Positions 19,428 to 28,449 of a stretch of 64,000 nt of DNA are shown here, piece by piece. The stretch lies in the IMG/VR virus record IMGVR_UViG_3300028172_000069. One strand, given 5' to 3'. This DNA comes from a virus (lineage: Duplodnaviria; Caudoviricetes). Made by a program: the position numbers and the translations under genes. A model generated the notes under the pieces. The model was not told where the DNA came from. It did no database searches and saw nothing but the letters and a program-made list of their open reading frames with translations. Every line of letters starts with the position of its first letter. Position 1 is the stretch's first letter.

Positions 19428-20597
19428 ATGCGCAAACTTCCCAGCGGTAACATGATGCCAATTGCTCTCAACGGTGAGCATGGCTATCTGACCGTAGCCG
19501 AGTATCTGCTCGAACGCGGCGCAATCAAGGCTGACCGTACTGGCACTGGCACCTACTCGCGCTTCGGTGTGGTGAACGTCGAGTATGACCTGCTGGCCGA
19601 CGATGGCTGCGCTACCGTGATGCTGCCCTCTACCAAGAACGTGTTTTGGGATAAGGCAGTCGTCGAACTGATCTGGATGCTCAGCGGCTCCAATCGCCTG
19701 AAGTTCCTGATCGACAACAAGGTCGCCTTCTGGAACAACTGGGTGAAGCCAGGTACCGAAGTATTCGGTCGTATGCTGGAGCAGGGCGAGCGCTTCCGTA
19801 TGCTCAAGGGCAGCCAGTGGGATGAAATGCAGGCTGCATCCGAAGGGTACAACGATGATGCCGTGCGCCTCGAAGCTCAGGAAGCACTGTTCAAGAAGTT
19901 CGGCATTCCCCAGTACCAGATTCTCGACGGTGACCTGGGCCCTGTGTATGGCGTGCAGTGGCGTCACTGGGAAGACCTGCGTCTGATCGACCCGAGCGTC
20001 ATGTACAACGGCAACGCAGCATGGGAGCAGTACGGCAAGCGCGGCTTTGTCCACATGGGCACCGCTGATGATGGTCGCCTGATGATCCGCCGCGAGATTG
20101 ACCAGATCGCACGTCTGGAGAAAGCCATCAAGGAGCGTGACGATAGCGCTGCACGGCGCAACGTGCTGTCGGCGTGGAACGTCGCGTATCTGGAAGACAT
20201 GGCACTGCCGCCTTGCCACACTCTCGCTCAGTGGGGTATCGAGCGCGATGCGACTGGCGAGCTGGTGCTGCATTGCAAGCTCTACCAACGCTCTGGTGAC
20301 TGGTTCCTGGGCGTGCCGTACAACGTCGCGTTCTACTCCATCTTCACCCACATGCTCTGCGCGATCTACGGGCTCAAGGCAGGCAAGCTGTTCCACACCG
20401 TCGGTGATGCGCACGTCTACAGCAACCACGTTGACCAAGTGCGTGAGCAACTGGCGACGCCAATCAACGAAGCATCCCAGCCGCGCGTCATCATTGAACG
20501 CCGCAGCTACTCCTCCATTCTGGACTTCAAGGTCGAAGACATTACCATCGACGGCTATGTTCCAGGCAAAGTAATCAACGCACCGGTGGCCGTATGA
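19428..20597 (+). CDS. thyA: Thymidylate synthase
   Basis: DRTGTGT, DLGPVYGVQWR, LPPCH (catalytic Cys), YQRSGD..LGVPYN, GDAHVYSNH; AAGGAG RBS; extra insertion before DLGPVYG. Confidence 0.97.
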   Translation: MRKLPSGNMMPIALNGEHGYLTVAEYLLERGAIKADRTGTGTYSRFGVVNVEYDLLADDGCATVMLPSTKNVFWDKAVVELIWMLSGSNRLKFLIDNKVAFWNNWVKPGTEVFGRMLEQGERFRMLKGSQWDEMQAASEGYNDDAVRLEAQEALFKKFGIPQYQILDGDLGPVYGVQWRHWEDLRLIDPSVMYNGNAAWEQYGKRGFVHMGTADDGRLMIRREIDQIARLEKAIKERDDSAARRNVLSAWNVAYLEDMALPPCHTLAQWGIERDATGELVLHCKLYQRSGDWFLGVPYNVAFYSIFTHMLCAIYGLKAGKLFHTVGDAHVYSNHVDQVREQLATPINEASQPRVIIERRSYSSILDFKVEDITIDGYVPGKVINAPVAV

Positions 20598-21340
20598 CTC
20601 TCGATCATTTTATCGCTCGTGGTAACTACAACTACCTGCGCTGGGGCTACGTCGCACTGGACGAAGAGGTGCACCGTGCGCTCACCGAGATGGGCGACCA
20701 GGGCTTTGTGTTTGAGGACGAGAAGCACGAAAGCCAAGAAGTGCAGATGGCACTCGGCGGCAGTACCTACAAGATCATGGCGTTCAACCCTGTAGCGCGT
20801 CACGTACCAGGACCAAGACACGAGACACAGCCGAAGCGCGTATGGCTCATGGGTGCAAGTGCTCTGGAAGAATTGCGCACGCGACCAAACTCGAATGCTA
20901 TCGCGCACCTGTACGACCCGGGTAAGGACGTCACCTACAGTGACAGCCGTATCAAGGGCATGCTGAACAAGGCGCCGATCTATCTGGACGCTCGCGTACC
21001 GCCTACTACCATGGCCATGCTGTACCTCTACGAGGACGAGGTGATCTACAACATCGCCACGCGCATCTGGACAGAAGCAGCCACGCTCACCCTGCCGAAG
21101 TATCAGTCGCGCAAGATCGTCAAGGGTGCCAAGATCATCAGCATTGTCGACCTGATCGGTGACTGCGGTCTGGAGCTCAATCTGGAAGGCGATCAGAAGG
21201 TGGCGATCAGCCGTGATTGGTACGTGAAGCACTCGGCTGCATCTGGCGGCTACTATGTGATCTACGACGATGGCTATACCTCGTGGTCTCCTGCCGAGGC
21301 CTTTGAGAACGGCTACGTCAAACTCAACGGAGAACTGTGA
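20594..21340 (+). CDS. Hypothetical protein with C-terminal GGYYVIYDDGYTSWSP..AFE..Y domain
   Basis: Overlaps the thyA stop (ATGA); the C-terminal motif is a recognisable conserved phage domain of unknown function. Confidence 0.6.
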   Translation: MTLDHFIARGNYNYLRWGYVALDEEVHRALTEMGDQGFVFEDEKHESQEVQMALGGSTYKIMAFNPVARHVPGPRHETQPKRVWLMGASALEELRTRPNSNAIAHLYDPGKDVTYSDSRIKGMLNKAPIYLDARVPPTTMAMLYLYEDEVIYNIATRIWTEAATLTLPKYQSRKIVKGAKIISIVDLIGDCGLELNLEGDQKVAISRDWYVKHSAASGGYYVIYDDGYTSWSPAEAFENGYVKLNGEL

Positions 21341-21597
21341 TGGCAGAAGGAGAACGCGTGTTTGCAGTGTGCCATGAGAAGAAGCAAATCATGGCAATAG
21401 GGCACACGTCATGGGCGTCGATGGAGTTGCCAGTGAAAGAGCGCCTGGAGATTTACGCACCTGGGCGTGACGCGGGCAAGGACCAGTACAACTTCATCCT
21501 GCAGCAGTTCGGTAACGTGGATGCCCTGATCGTAGAAAGCGAAGCGCTGGCGCTCAACTACAAGCGGGTGCCTGGCTATTGGGGAGGTGTGTCGTGA
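21340..21597 (+). CDS. Hypothetical protein
   Basis: TGATG coupling with the upstream gene; GGAG RBS. Confidence 0.55.
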   Translation: MAEGERVFAVCHEKKQIMAIGHTSWASMELPVKERLEIYAPGRDAGKDQYNFILQQFGNVDALIVESEALALNYKRVPGYWGGVS

Positions 21598-22286
21598 TTA
21601 CCTATCTGGTCGATGAAAACAACCCGCCTCCGTTGTGGTCTGGCGTCGCGTACTGGGAGCGCAGCAACGATCCGTTCCATGCCGATGCGTTCAAAGGCCT
21701 GGAGGTCAACGGCAAGAACACGTTGATCGTCACCACTGACAAGGACGCGAAGCTTTCTGAGGGTAAGCGCAAAAGTGGCTGGATGGCTATCGAGTGGACG
21801 GAGAACCCAGTGGGCTTCGTTGGCGACGGTACCGAAGTCACTGAGACGACCAAGACGCAGTACGTCATCCATGAGCTAGGTCCGAACGCGTGGAAGATCG
21901 CTGAGCCGCAAGCTGTGGACTTCGTGACAGCGCGCTGGTACCCTCGGTACTTCTACTATCTGGAAGGCCATGTGTATGACTTCGATACGCTGCGCCGCGT
22001 TGCACACGACAAGGACACGGCGTACATCGTCATGGACAACGAGGTGTATGCGAAGCTGCGTGAGGATTTGGAGAAGGTACTGATCCTTGAGCCGAACAGT
22101 ACGCAGGAGACGCCGAAGTTTGCTGGCAAGCCACTGTTCGTGGAGCCGCCTGCAGACGTGCGTGGGAATAGTCGTGGGATGGAGTTGCCTGGGAAGTTCG
22201 CTGCTGGCAGGATACGCAAAACGCGTCGGCCAAATGTGGGAAGTCTCAGCGAGTTCCTGAACGAAGAAGGGAAAGACGCGCGATAA
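21594..22286 (+). CDS. Hypothetical protein
   Basis: GTG start overlapping the upstream stop with GGAGG RBS; ends just before the bidirectional terminator. Confidence 0.6.
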   Translation: MITYLVDENNPPPLWSGVAYWERSNDPFHADAFKGLEVNGKNTLIVTTDKDAKLSEGKRKSGWMAIEWTENPVGFVGDGTEVTETTKTQYVIHELGPNAWKIAEPQAVDFVTARWYPRYFYYLEGHVYDFDTLRRVAHDKDTAYIVMDNEVYAKLREDLEKVLILEPNSTQETPKFAGKPLFVEPPADVRGNSRGMELPGKFAAGRIRKTRRPNVGSLSEFLNEEGKDAR

Positions 22287-22288
22287 AC

Positions 22289-22327
22289 AAAAAGGCCACC
22301 TGCTCCTGAGAGTAAGTGGCCTTTTTT
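22289..22327. terminator. Bidirectional Rho-independent terminator
   Basis: AAAAAGGCCAC-loop-GTGGCCTTTTTT between convergent genes. Confidence 0.85.
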
Positions 22328-22671
22328 CATTCTAGCAGTTCGGCATTGGCGCGTTCCAGCTTGCGCACATGCTCCAACCACTCTGGCGTCATCAACACGA
22401 ACGTGTAACCACGTGGATCGCGATACGTCCGACCCTCCGCTTTTGCCTCAGCGACTTCGTGTGCGCTACAGGCTGTCGCATTAATTACCACACCACCTTC
22501 CTTGAGCAACTGCGAGAGCAGCATGGTCTCAGTGGTGATCGGTACCGTACCCAATGCAGGCAACACAACTGGCCCGTTCACAAGGTTCGTGCACGGTGGG
22601 TTCTGATAACACGGGACTGGCTTACCGCACGCACATGGGTAGTCATGGCGTACTACGGGGATTGCTTCCAT
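22327..22671 (-). CDS. Hypothetical protein
   Basis: 114-aa ORF, GAGG RBS, last gene before the terminator. Confidence 0.55.
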   Translation of the reverse strand: MEAIPVVRHDYPCACGKPVPCYQNPPCTNLVNGPVVLPALGTVPITTETMLLSQLLKEGGVVINATACSAHEVAEAKAEGRTYRDPRGYTFVLMTPEWLEHVRKLERANAELLE

Positions 22672-22679
22672 AACTCACC

Positions 22680-22913
22680 TCAGGTTCGTTGCATTCGACT
22701 GATCCAATTGATCTTGGTCACGCGCACCTTGCCGGGCGTGTGATCTGTCTCGGAGATTTTCCCTTCTTCGCGATTACGTCGCTTGGCCTTGAGCAGCGCT
22801 TTGACCTTTGCTTTTGGCAGTCTGACGTACGGCTCCTCGAGTTCATCGACGCGCTGCCCGTTGTGCTCATAGCGCCCATCGCTTAGGTCAAAGTCGATTC
22901 TAGCCATTTGCAA
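22680..22913 (-). CDS. Small basic hypothetical protein
   Basis: 77-aa ORF filling the gap between neighbours. Confidence 0.5.
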   Translation of the reverse strand: MQMARIDFDLSDGRYEHNGQRVDELEEPYVRLPKAKVKALLKAKRRNREEGKISETDHTPGKVRVTKINWISRMQRT

Positions 22914-23346
22914 AGCTCACTGTGAAGGTGCCGCCACGACTACCAGGCCAGTCGGTGCGATACAGGTTGTACTTGTGACCCTGATACATGACTTCGACAG
23001 GGCCAGTAGTGTCTGCCATGTCATCGAGAGGCCACGAAGCGCCATCCCAACCACCGACGAGTCCACCAGCATCACGGAACGTCACAGCACCGTACTCGAC
23101 AGGCGCCATGTAGTAGAAGAAACCATCGTCAGGCGCTGCGGGTAGAGTGAACGACGGGTACTGCTGTGCGTTCTCATGCACCTCGCTGAGGGCTTGAGTC
23201 AGCATCTGCTCGTTGGTGTAGCTTTCCAGAGCACCCAAGCCGAAGCGAGGCGGCAGTTGCGTCTCGATTGGAATGATCGGCTTGGGTGGTCGATAAGGTG
23301 ATGCACACAACATGCTCATGGCAATGTCCTCAGTCGTCCTGATCAC
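22900..23346 (-). CDS. Stand-alone copy of the GGWDGASWP domain found in tail proteins
   Basis: FYYMAPVEYGAVTFRD..GLVGGWDGASWP...GPVEV...LYRTDW..GGTFTVSF aligns with domains in 12221-16423 (twice) and 35832-40406; start codon uncertain. Confidence 0.65.
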   Translation of the reverse strand: MIRTTEDIAMSMLCASPYRPPKPIIPIETQLPPRFGLGALESYTNEQMLTQALSEVHENAQQYPSFTLPAAPDDGFFYYMAPVEYGAVTFRDAGGLVGGWDGASWPLDDMADTTGPVEVMYQGHKYNLYRTDWPGSRGGTFTVSFANG

Positions 23347-23887
23347 CGACGCTGAAATTTTTCAGCATGATCTGGACAGGGTTACGCGCCAGGCGCTTGT
23401 TGACGAATTCGATCCGTGCCTTCATGGCGTCGTCTACAGGCACTTCGTCGCTCAGGGTAATGTGCGGGCTGTACGGGATGAACGTGTGCTCGGCACCCAG
23501 TTGCTGGCAGCGTGCGTTGAGCGAGATAACGGACTCACTCACCAGCTTCAGGACGATGTACGTCTTGCCGTTGTGGCCAACCCACGACTCGACAGCGTTG
23601 ACCAGCGCCGAGAACTGGTTGTCCTTATAGGCCTGCACAACGTCCAGCACTTCTGGCAGCGGCGCAGTAGCAGCCACTTTGGAGTAGACGACGGTGCAAT
23701 GCAGCGCATGTTCGTCTGGGCTCAGCTCCAGTTCGTCTGCCAGTTTCAGGATGGCGTCCACGTACTCTGGTACCACATCAACGGCAGAGTACAGCCCGTT
23801 GGTGCCGGTGTAGGGTACGAAGATCAGCTTGTTGGCAGCCTCTGCCACATTGTCATCGTGGGCTTTCATGCTCATGGTGATTTTCAT
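23330..23887 (-). CDS. acb1: 2H phosphoesterase, Acb1/T4 gp57B-like anti-CBASS nuclease candidate
   Basis: Two HxT motifs: LHCTVVYSK and YSPHITL, with spacing and context as in T4 gp57B/Acb1. Confidence 0.75.
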   Translation of the reverse strand: MKITMSMKAHDDNVAEAANKLIFVPYTGTNGLYSAVDVVPEYVDAILKLADELELSPDEHALHCTVVYSKVAATAPLPEVLDVVQAYKDNQFSALVNAVESWVGHNGKTYIVLKLVSESVISLNARCQQLGAEHTFIPYSPHITLSDEVPVDDAMKARIEFVNKRLARNPVQIMLKNFSVGDQDD

Positions 23888-24288
23888 TCCGTGACCTTTT
23901 TGAAGTTGATCGGGTCAAGGGGCACCAGCAGCCAAGTTTGCTCGATCTTCTCCAAGCCGGCGCGTGACGGATGCGGGTCGTGAAACAACTCACCATTCCG
24001 CATCACCACCATGTGCTTGCATCCGCGAGCCGACGAACCACTAGCCAGATACGTGGCTTCCATGATTCGTTCGCGTTCTTGACGCACCACCCAATAACCC
24101 TGCGAGAAGCAGAAGTTCTCGAAGTTACGCCAGTAGCGATACGACGGCTCTGGGTCATCTTCGTTGTAGAAACGCGGGACGTCGGAGAGCGGGATGCCAA
24201 AGAGCGTAGCGCACGCAGCTTCGGCACAGTTCCCACCACCGATGGTTCCCGGTACGTAGAAGGTTGTCTGGTCTACGAGACGGTTCAC
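23884..24288 (-). CDS. Hypothetical protein with papain-like Cys/His/Asp arrangement
   Basis: GNCAEAACATLFGIPL...KHMVV...LFHDPHP. Confidence 0.5.
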   Translation of the reverse strand: MNRLVDQTTFYVPGTIGGGNCAEAACATLFGIPLSDVPRFYNEDDPEPSYRYWRNFENFCFSQGYWVVRQERERIMEATYLASGSSARGCKHMVVMRNGELFHDPHPSRAGLEKIEQTWLLVPLDPINFKKVTE

Positions 24289-24289
24289 G

Positions 24290-24709
24290 TTACACTCCGT
24301 TCAGGAATGCGGCCACGTCTTCCAGACTATCGCACGTTTTGGCACAATGCTCGTCGATCATTCGACGCACCTGTTGCAGCGATTTCCACTGAGCTTCGGA
24401 GAACTCAGCACCGTCATCCGAGCGCAAGGCACAGAACACGGTCTTGGAGGAGCGTTTGATGCTGTCGCACACGACCTCTGCGATACTGAACACGCCCGTC
24501 ATCTTTGGAGTGATAACGTACAGGTTGTAGTCGCAGATTTCACGCTGGCGGCGTTCCTCCTCCATACACTCTGGAGTCCAGTTGGGGACCACAGGGTTGA
24601 AGAAGTCGATGTTCAACATCGGAATCAAACGCTCGCGCCATGTGCTATCGTTACAGGTACCGCCGAGGAAAACTTTCATTGCACGCCTCAGTGAGATAGT
24701 CAGTTTCAT
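24290..24709 (-). CDS. Nucleoside 2-deoxyribosyltransferase-like protein
   Basis: KVFLGGTCNDSTWR...FFNPVV.NW...E....CDY.LYVITP...GVFSIAE pattern. Confidence 0.75.
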   Translation of the reverse strand: MKLTISLRRAMKVFLGGTCNDSTWRERLIPMLNIDFFNPVVPNWTPECMEEERRQREICDYNLYVITPKMTGVFSIAEVVCDSIKRSSKTVFCALRSDDGAEFSEAQWKSLQQVRRMIDEHCAKTCDSLEDVAAFLNGV

Positions 24710-24716
24710 GGTCGCC

Positions 24717-25457
24717 TCAGAGTTTCGACAAGTCCCAGATCACGTCGGACTGCGCAGCTACATACGCAGGGTCGAGAACTACGGACGTTTCAAAGCCCAC
24801 CAGGCCTTCGCACATGCGATAAGCCAGACGCCCATCAGGCAGCTGGTAGGTCGGACGACGTGGACGGGTGTGTACACATGGTGCACCGATACCCTTACCG
24901 ACACGTGCGCCACAGACTGGGCAGGTGTAGGACGAGTAGTACATGCCCATGGAGTAGGTGTTGATTTCACCACTCAGGAGCTTGTTCACCAGGTACGAGT
25001 CCTTGGTGCGGTCGAAGCCCATGAGTTTCACCAGCTTCGCAAACTTCTTGTTGCGTGGCAGTGGGCGCAGGTACGTGTCGAAGATCACGCCCTTGGCTTT
25101 GGTGATATCCTTGTTGTCGTGCTCGACGTGAGTAGGCTTGCCCACCCAGGTACGATACGCCATCTGGCCGAACTCAGGGTTGAACGCGGTCAGCTCCTTG
25201 AACGACGCACTGTCACCGTTGGTGTTTGGCACCGAGGTAACGATTGAGGGCAGCGCCACGATGATGTAGTCGCGGATATCCTCACTGATGCGATAGTGCG
25301 GTGCTGCCTGTTTCAGCCAGATGTTGGCGTCGAGAACGCGAGCGTCACCGCCAGCTTGTTGCGCGTCCAGCTCAAGGCCTTGCTTGGTCTGAGCAACACG
25401 GTGCATTTCCGTAGGCGCCAAACCCAGCGAGAAGCTGGTACTTACCATGTGTGTCAT
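24717..25457 (-). CDS. Prohead (capsid maturation) serine protease with Zn-finger insert
   Basis: N.NGD, GKPTHVEH, SMG, CPVC...C.H...C, FETSVVLDPA motifs of the phage prohead protease family. Confidence 0.75.
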   Translation of the reverse strand: MTHMVSTSFSLGLAPTEMHRVAQTKQGLELDAQQAGGDARVLDANIWLKQAAPHYRISEDIRDYIIVALPSIVTSVPNTNGDSASFKELTAFNPEFGQMAYRTWVGKPTHVEHDNKDITKAKGVIFDTYLRPLPRNKKFAKLVKLMGFDRTKDSYLVNKLLSGEINTYSMGMYYSSYTCPVCGARVGKGIGAPCVHTRPRRPTYQLPDGRLAYRMCEGLVGFETSVVLDPAYVAAQSDVIWDLSKL

Positions 25458-25801
25458 CGGTCGCCCCTTTGGACTACGTGCTTAACCCACGACCGCGCTT
25501 CTTTCATGGTCATGGGTTGTGGGTTAATGAGAAACGGCTGTCCGCCTGCGAGTGTGACGTGAGGGCGCAGTCTCTCACCTTCATCGTCCTCGTCCACATG
25601 CGGGAAGTCGAACGGATCAAACTCACCGCCGTGCACCTTAGCCGTCCAGATGCGCAGCGAGTGACTATGATCGGTTGACGGCTCTTCCCGAGTGCTGATC
25701 GTTGCGATCTGCTTGTCACCCAGGAGAACGTGCCAGGTCTTGCGTAGCGCAATCGGCTTACGCATTTCCGCTTTATCGCAGCGGTAACGGATTCGCTCCA
25801 T
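25454..25801 (-). CDS. Hypothetical protein
   Basis: 115-aa ORF with GGAGG RBS; 4-nt overlap with the protease gene. Confidence 0.55.
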   Translation of the reverse strand: MERIRYRCDKAEMRKPIALRKTWHVLLGDKQIATISTREEPSTDHSHSLRIWTAKVHGGEFDPFDFPHVDEDDEGERLRPHVTLAGGQPFLINPQPMTMKEARSWVKHVVQRGDR

Positions 25802-25854
25802 ATAGCCTCCGTTATACGAGGGCAGTTGCGAGGATCAGAGTGATTTGCATGGAG

Positions 25855-27309
25855 TCACCAGTTGAGGAAAGATACGTGGTAGAGACCGTGGTCTTCGTTC
25901 ATTCCAACCGCAACAATCGTGCGATTAGGACCCGATGTGTAGAAGAGATAGGTCTCTTCACCTGGGTCGGTTACGTGGTCTCGCTCACGCAAGATACCTT
26001 GGGAACTCAATGCCTTCTCGAAGGTAGTTGCGAGTGTCTTCAGGTCCACGCTGCTGTGTCCGTAGAAGCTCTTGCCGGGAATACCTTTCGGACGTTCACC
26101 GACAATTGGCAGTGCTGCGTTGAACACTGTGCCGTAAACGTCCACGTGAGAAGATGCGATGGCACTGAACATCTCCTTCGATTGGGCGTGCAGGTCGTCC
26201 ATATCCATGTTGCGTAGGTAGCTCTGGGTTTGCGTGATGATTTCGTTGACTGTCTGGTAGTTCTGCTCTTCAGGAGTCATGTTACCATCAGCCGCGGTCG
26301 ATGCGATGCCTTTGAAGTCTTCCCAGGTATCGAGCAGGCCGCGTGCAACGATCATCCCAAGTGGGCCAGCGCCGAGTGCAAGCATCGTGACACCAGCACC
26401 TAAGATGGCAGCTTTGACAACGAAGCCCAGCACGGCTTTACCATCGCGCTGTTTCTTCTTGTCCTTGTGACCCTTGCCGCCTTTCTTATCCTTCTTGCCC
26501 TTCTTCTTTTTCTTCTTGGACTTCTTGTCTTCCTCCTCGTCCTCTTCTTCCTCATCAGCGTCGTCGCTAAGTTCAGGGTCGTTGGCCTTGTCACCTTCGG
26601 TGATGGGCTTGCCATCAGCGTCGAACTCTGGCTGGCCGTCAGAGTCTACTGCTTGGCGATCAGGGTCAGTCTCCTTATCGCCTTCGCTGCGGTTGTCGTC
26701 GTCGTGCGTGGATGCGGCGTCACCTTGCATCAGATCGCGTACAGCACTCAGGCCACGATCGAACAGGTGTGGCTTGTCTTTCGCCTTGGCATCGACCACG
26801 TCGTGAATCTCGTCGCGGTTCTCGTCGATGTTGTTGGCACCGCGCTTCAAGTGCTCTGGCTTGATGTTCTCCAGAGCCTTCACGGACTCGCGATTGATAA
26901 CGCCAGCGCCGTCATCGGTGAGAATCTTGCGCTGCTTATCGACCTCTGCCATGTTCTCCTTGGAGCGCTTGGTGCGATCCTTGCGAGACTCTTTGGTGCT
27001 GATCTTGGTATCCTGCACACGACCCTTGCCGCCTTTGAAGCGAGGCTTGTGACGGCTCTTTGGGTAGCGTTCATCGTACTTGGCTTTCGCCTTATCGCTG
27101 AGGCCGTCGTACTCAGTCCGCGTCAGGCGACGCTGCTTGACTGGCTCGGTGTGCCCCTTCTTTACCGTCTTGCCCTTGAGCAGGAACCGGTGCTTGCTCT
27201 TGGGATACTTCTCCAGATACTTCTTCTGGCCCGACGTCCCCAGTCTCAGGAAGTCGTCCTTGTTCAGGCGCTTCTGCGGCGCTGCTAGCGATAGGCTGAC
27301 GAGGAGCAT
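25855..27309 (-). CDS. Charged, probable internal virion protein with a hydrophobic segment
   Basis: Two KY.E(K/R)YPKS.H repeats, poly-acidic then poly-Lys tract, hydrophobic stretch AVLGFVVKAAILGAGVTMLALGAGPLGMIV; start codon inferred. Confidence 0.6.
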   Translation of the reverse strand: MLLVSLSLAAPQKRLNKDDFLRLGTSGQKKYLEKYPKSKHRFLLKGKTVKKGHTEPVKQRRLTRTEYDGLSDKAKAKYDERYPKSRHKPRFKGGKGRVQDTKISTKESRKDRTKRSKENMAEVDKQRKILTDDGAGVINRESVKALENIKPEHLKRGANNIDENRDEIHDVVDAKAKDKPHLFDRGLSAVRDLMQGDAASTHDDDNRSEGDKETDPDRQAVDSDGQPEFDADGKPITEGDKANDPELSDDADEEEEDEEEDKKSKKKKKKGKKDKKGGKGHKDKKKQRDGKAVLGFVVKAAILGAGVTMLALGAGPLGMIVARGLLDTWEDFKGIASTAADGNMTPEEQNYQTVNEIITQTQSYLRNMDMDDLHAQSKEMFSAIASSHVDVYGTVFNAALPIVGERPKGIPGKSFYGHSSVDLKTLATTFEKALSSQGILRERDHVTDPGEETYLFYTSGPNRTIVAVGMNEDHGLYHVSFLNW

Positions 27310-28390
27310 TTTGGAATCCCATGATTGTGGCAATATCGTTCGCCAGGCGGCCGTCGATCTTGGGCGCCAGCTTCATTGCGTGTTGAATGTTTTCTTTGGC
27401 CCGGGTCATCTGACCAAGAGAGAAGTAGCAGACGGCGAGCAGGTGATACGGCCAGTGCTGGTAGTATTCATCCCGATGGATCATGCTCACCTGAGGCTGA
27501 GTCTCGACGCGCAGGGCATTACGGAGCATGCCAATGCAAGGCTCGTATTGGCCACACTGGAAGTACAAGAAGGCGAGCGCACAGAAAGGCTCACGGGCGC
27601 TTGGGAACTCGGCGATTGCGCGATAATGCCACGCTTCGCATTCGTTGAGCGCTTCTTCCAGTTGACCATCCATGGCGAAGTAGCACTGGGCGATGTACAG
27701 CGCAGACTCAGAGCGGAACGGACCATGGGTTTCGATTTCGATGTGCTTCTTGAGCCACATGATCGCGTCGAAGTATTGACCCTGGTACATGAACTCACGG
27801 CCGAGATACTGGACCATGCGTGCGTCGTCTGGATTCTCCTCGACACCCTTTTGCAGGAGTTCAAGGTAGGACGAACGCGGCTTGTCGTTGTCTGGCTCAT
27901 GGAACACGTCGATCGGAAGTTCCTTGTACGTGTAGTTCTCGTAGCAAGCGAGGAGCTCATGCACTGGATACTTCCAGTAGAAACCGTGGCGCGTGTGGAT
28001 TGCTTCGCGCAGATAGGAGACGATGGGCTTGCGCGCTTCATCGTATTGGAAGACCAGACGCACCGCGTACATGTGGTGCGAACGGTTGGAGATCAGTTCC
28101 TTGATCTTGGTAATGCTTCCCGGCTCCATGACCTCGTCAAGGTCAATGAACATGCAGTAATCCACATCCATGCTGACGAGGTTCATGGCGGAGTTACGCG
28201 CCGTGTCGAATCGGAAGGGTTCAAATGCCATGGAGCTGACTTTGACGCCCAGCGACTTGAGGGCCTGCTGGGTACCATCTGTCGAGCCCGTGTCCAGCAC
28301 AACGATTTCGTCAGCGTCCTTGACGCCTTCAAACCAGCGAGAGACGTGCTTGGCTTCGTTCTTTGCAATTGCGTATACGGCGAGTTTCAT
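27113..28390 (-). CDS. GT2-family glycosyltransferase with C-terminal TPR repeats
   Basis: AIAKNEAKHV, VVLDTGSTDGT, FDTARN, FIDLDE (DxD), followed by TPR-like helices (PDDARMVQYLGREF, PSAREPFCALA). Confidence 0.85.
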   Translation of the reverse strand: MKLAVYAIAKNEAKHVSRWFEGVKDADEIVVLDTGSTDGTQQALKSLGVKVSSMAFEPFRFDTARNSAMNLVSMDVDYCMFIDLDEVMEPGSITKIKELISNRSHHMYAVRLVFQYDEARKPIVSYLREAIHTRHGFYWKYPVHELLACYENYTYKELPIDVFHEPDNDKPRSSYLELLQKGVEENPDDARMVQYLGREFMYQGQYFDAIMWLKKHIEIETHGPFRSESALYIAQCYFAMDGQLEEALNECEAWHYRAIAEFPSAREPFCALAFLYFQCGQYEPCIGMLRNALRVETQPQVSMIHRDEYYQHWPYHLLAVCYFSLGQMTRAKENIQHAMKLAPKIDGRLANDIATIMGFQNAPRQPIASSAAEAPEQGRLPETGDVGPEEVSGEVSQEQAPVPAQGQDGKEGAHRASQAASPDAD

Positions 28391-28449
28391 TCGGGTAACT
28401 CCGGGTTAGCTTCTCATGGAGATAGCAGTTGTCGATTAACGAGGCGCTT

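Noticed and set aside
19337-19450. Possible 37-aa ORF bridging the HTH gene and thyA
   Set aside because: No clear RBS, overlaps both neighbours, no motif; cannot be supported.
19428-20597. ThyA-like gene as a DNA base-modification enzyme (dCMP/dUMP hydroxymethylase)
   Set aside because: All canonical thymidylate synthase motifs including the dUMP-specifying Asn are present, and no companion modification genes are seen in the window.
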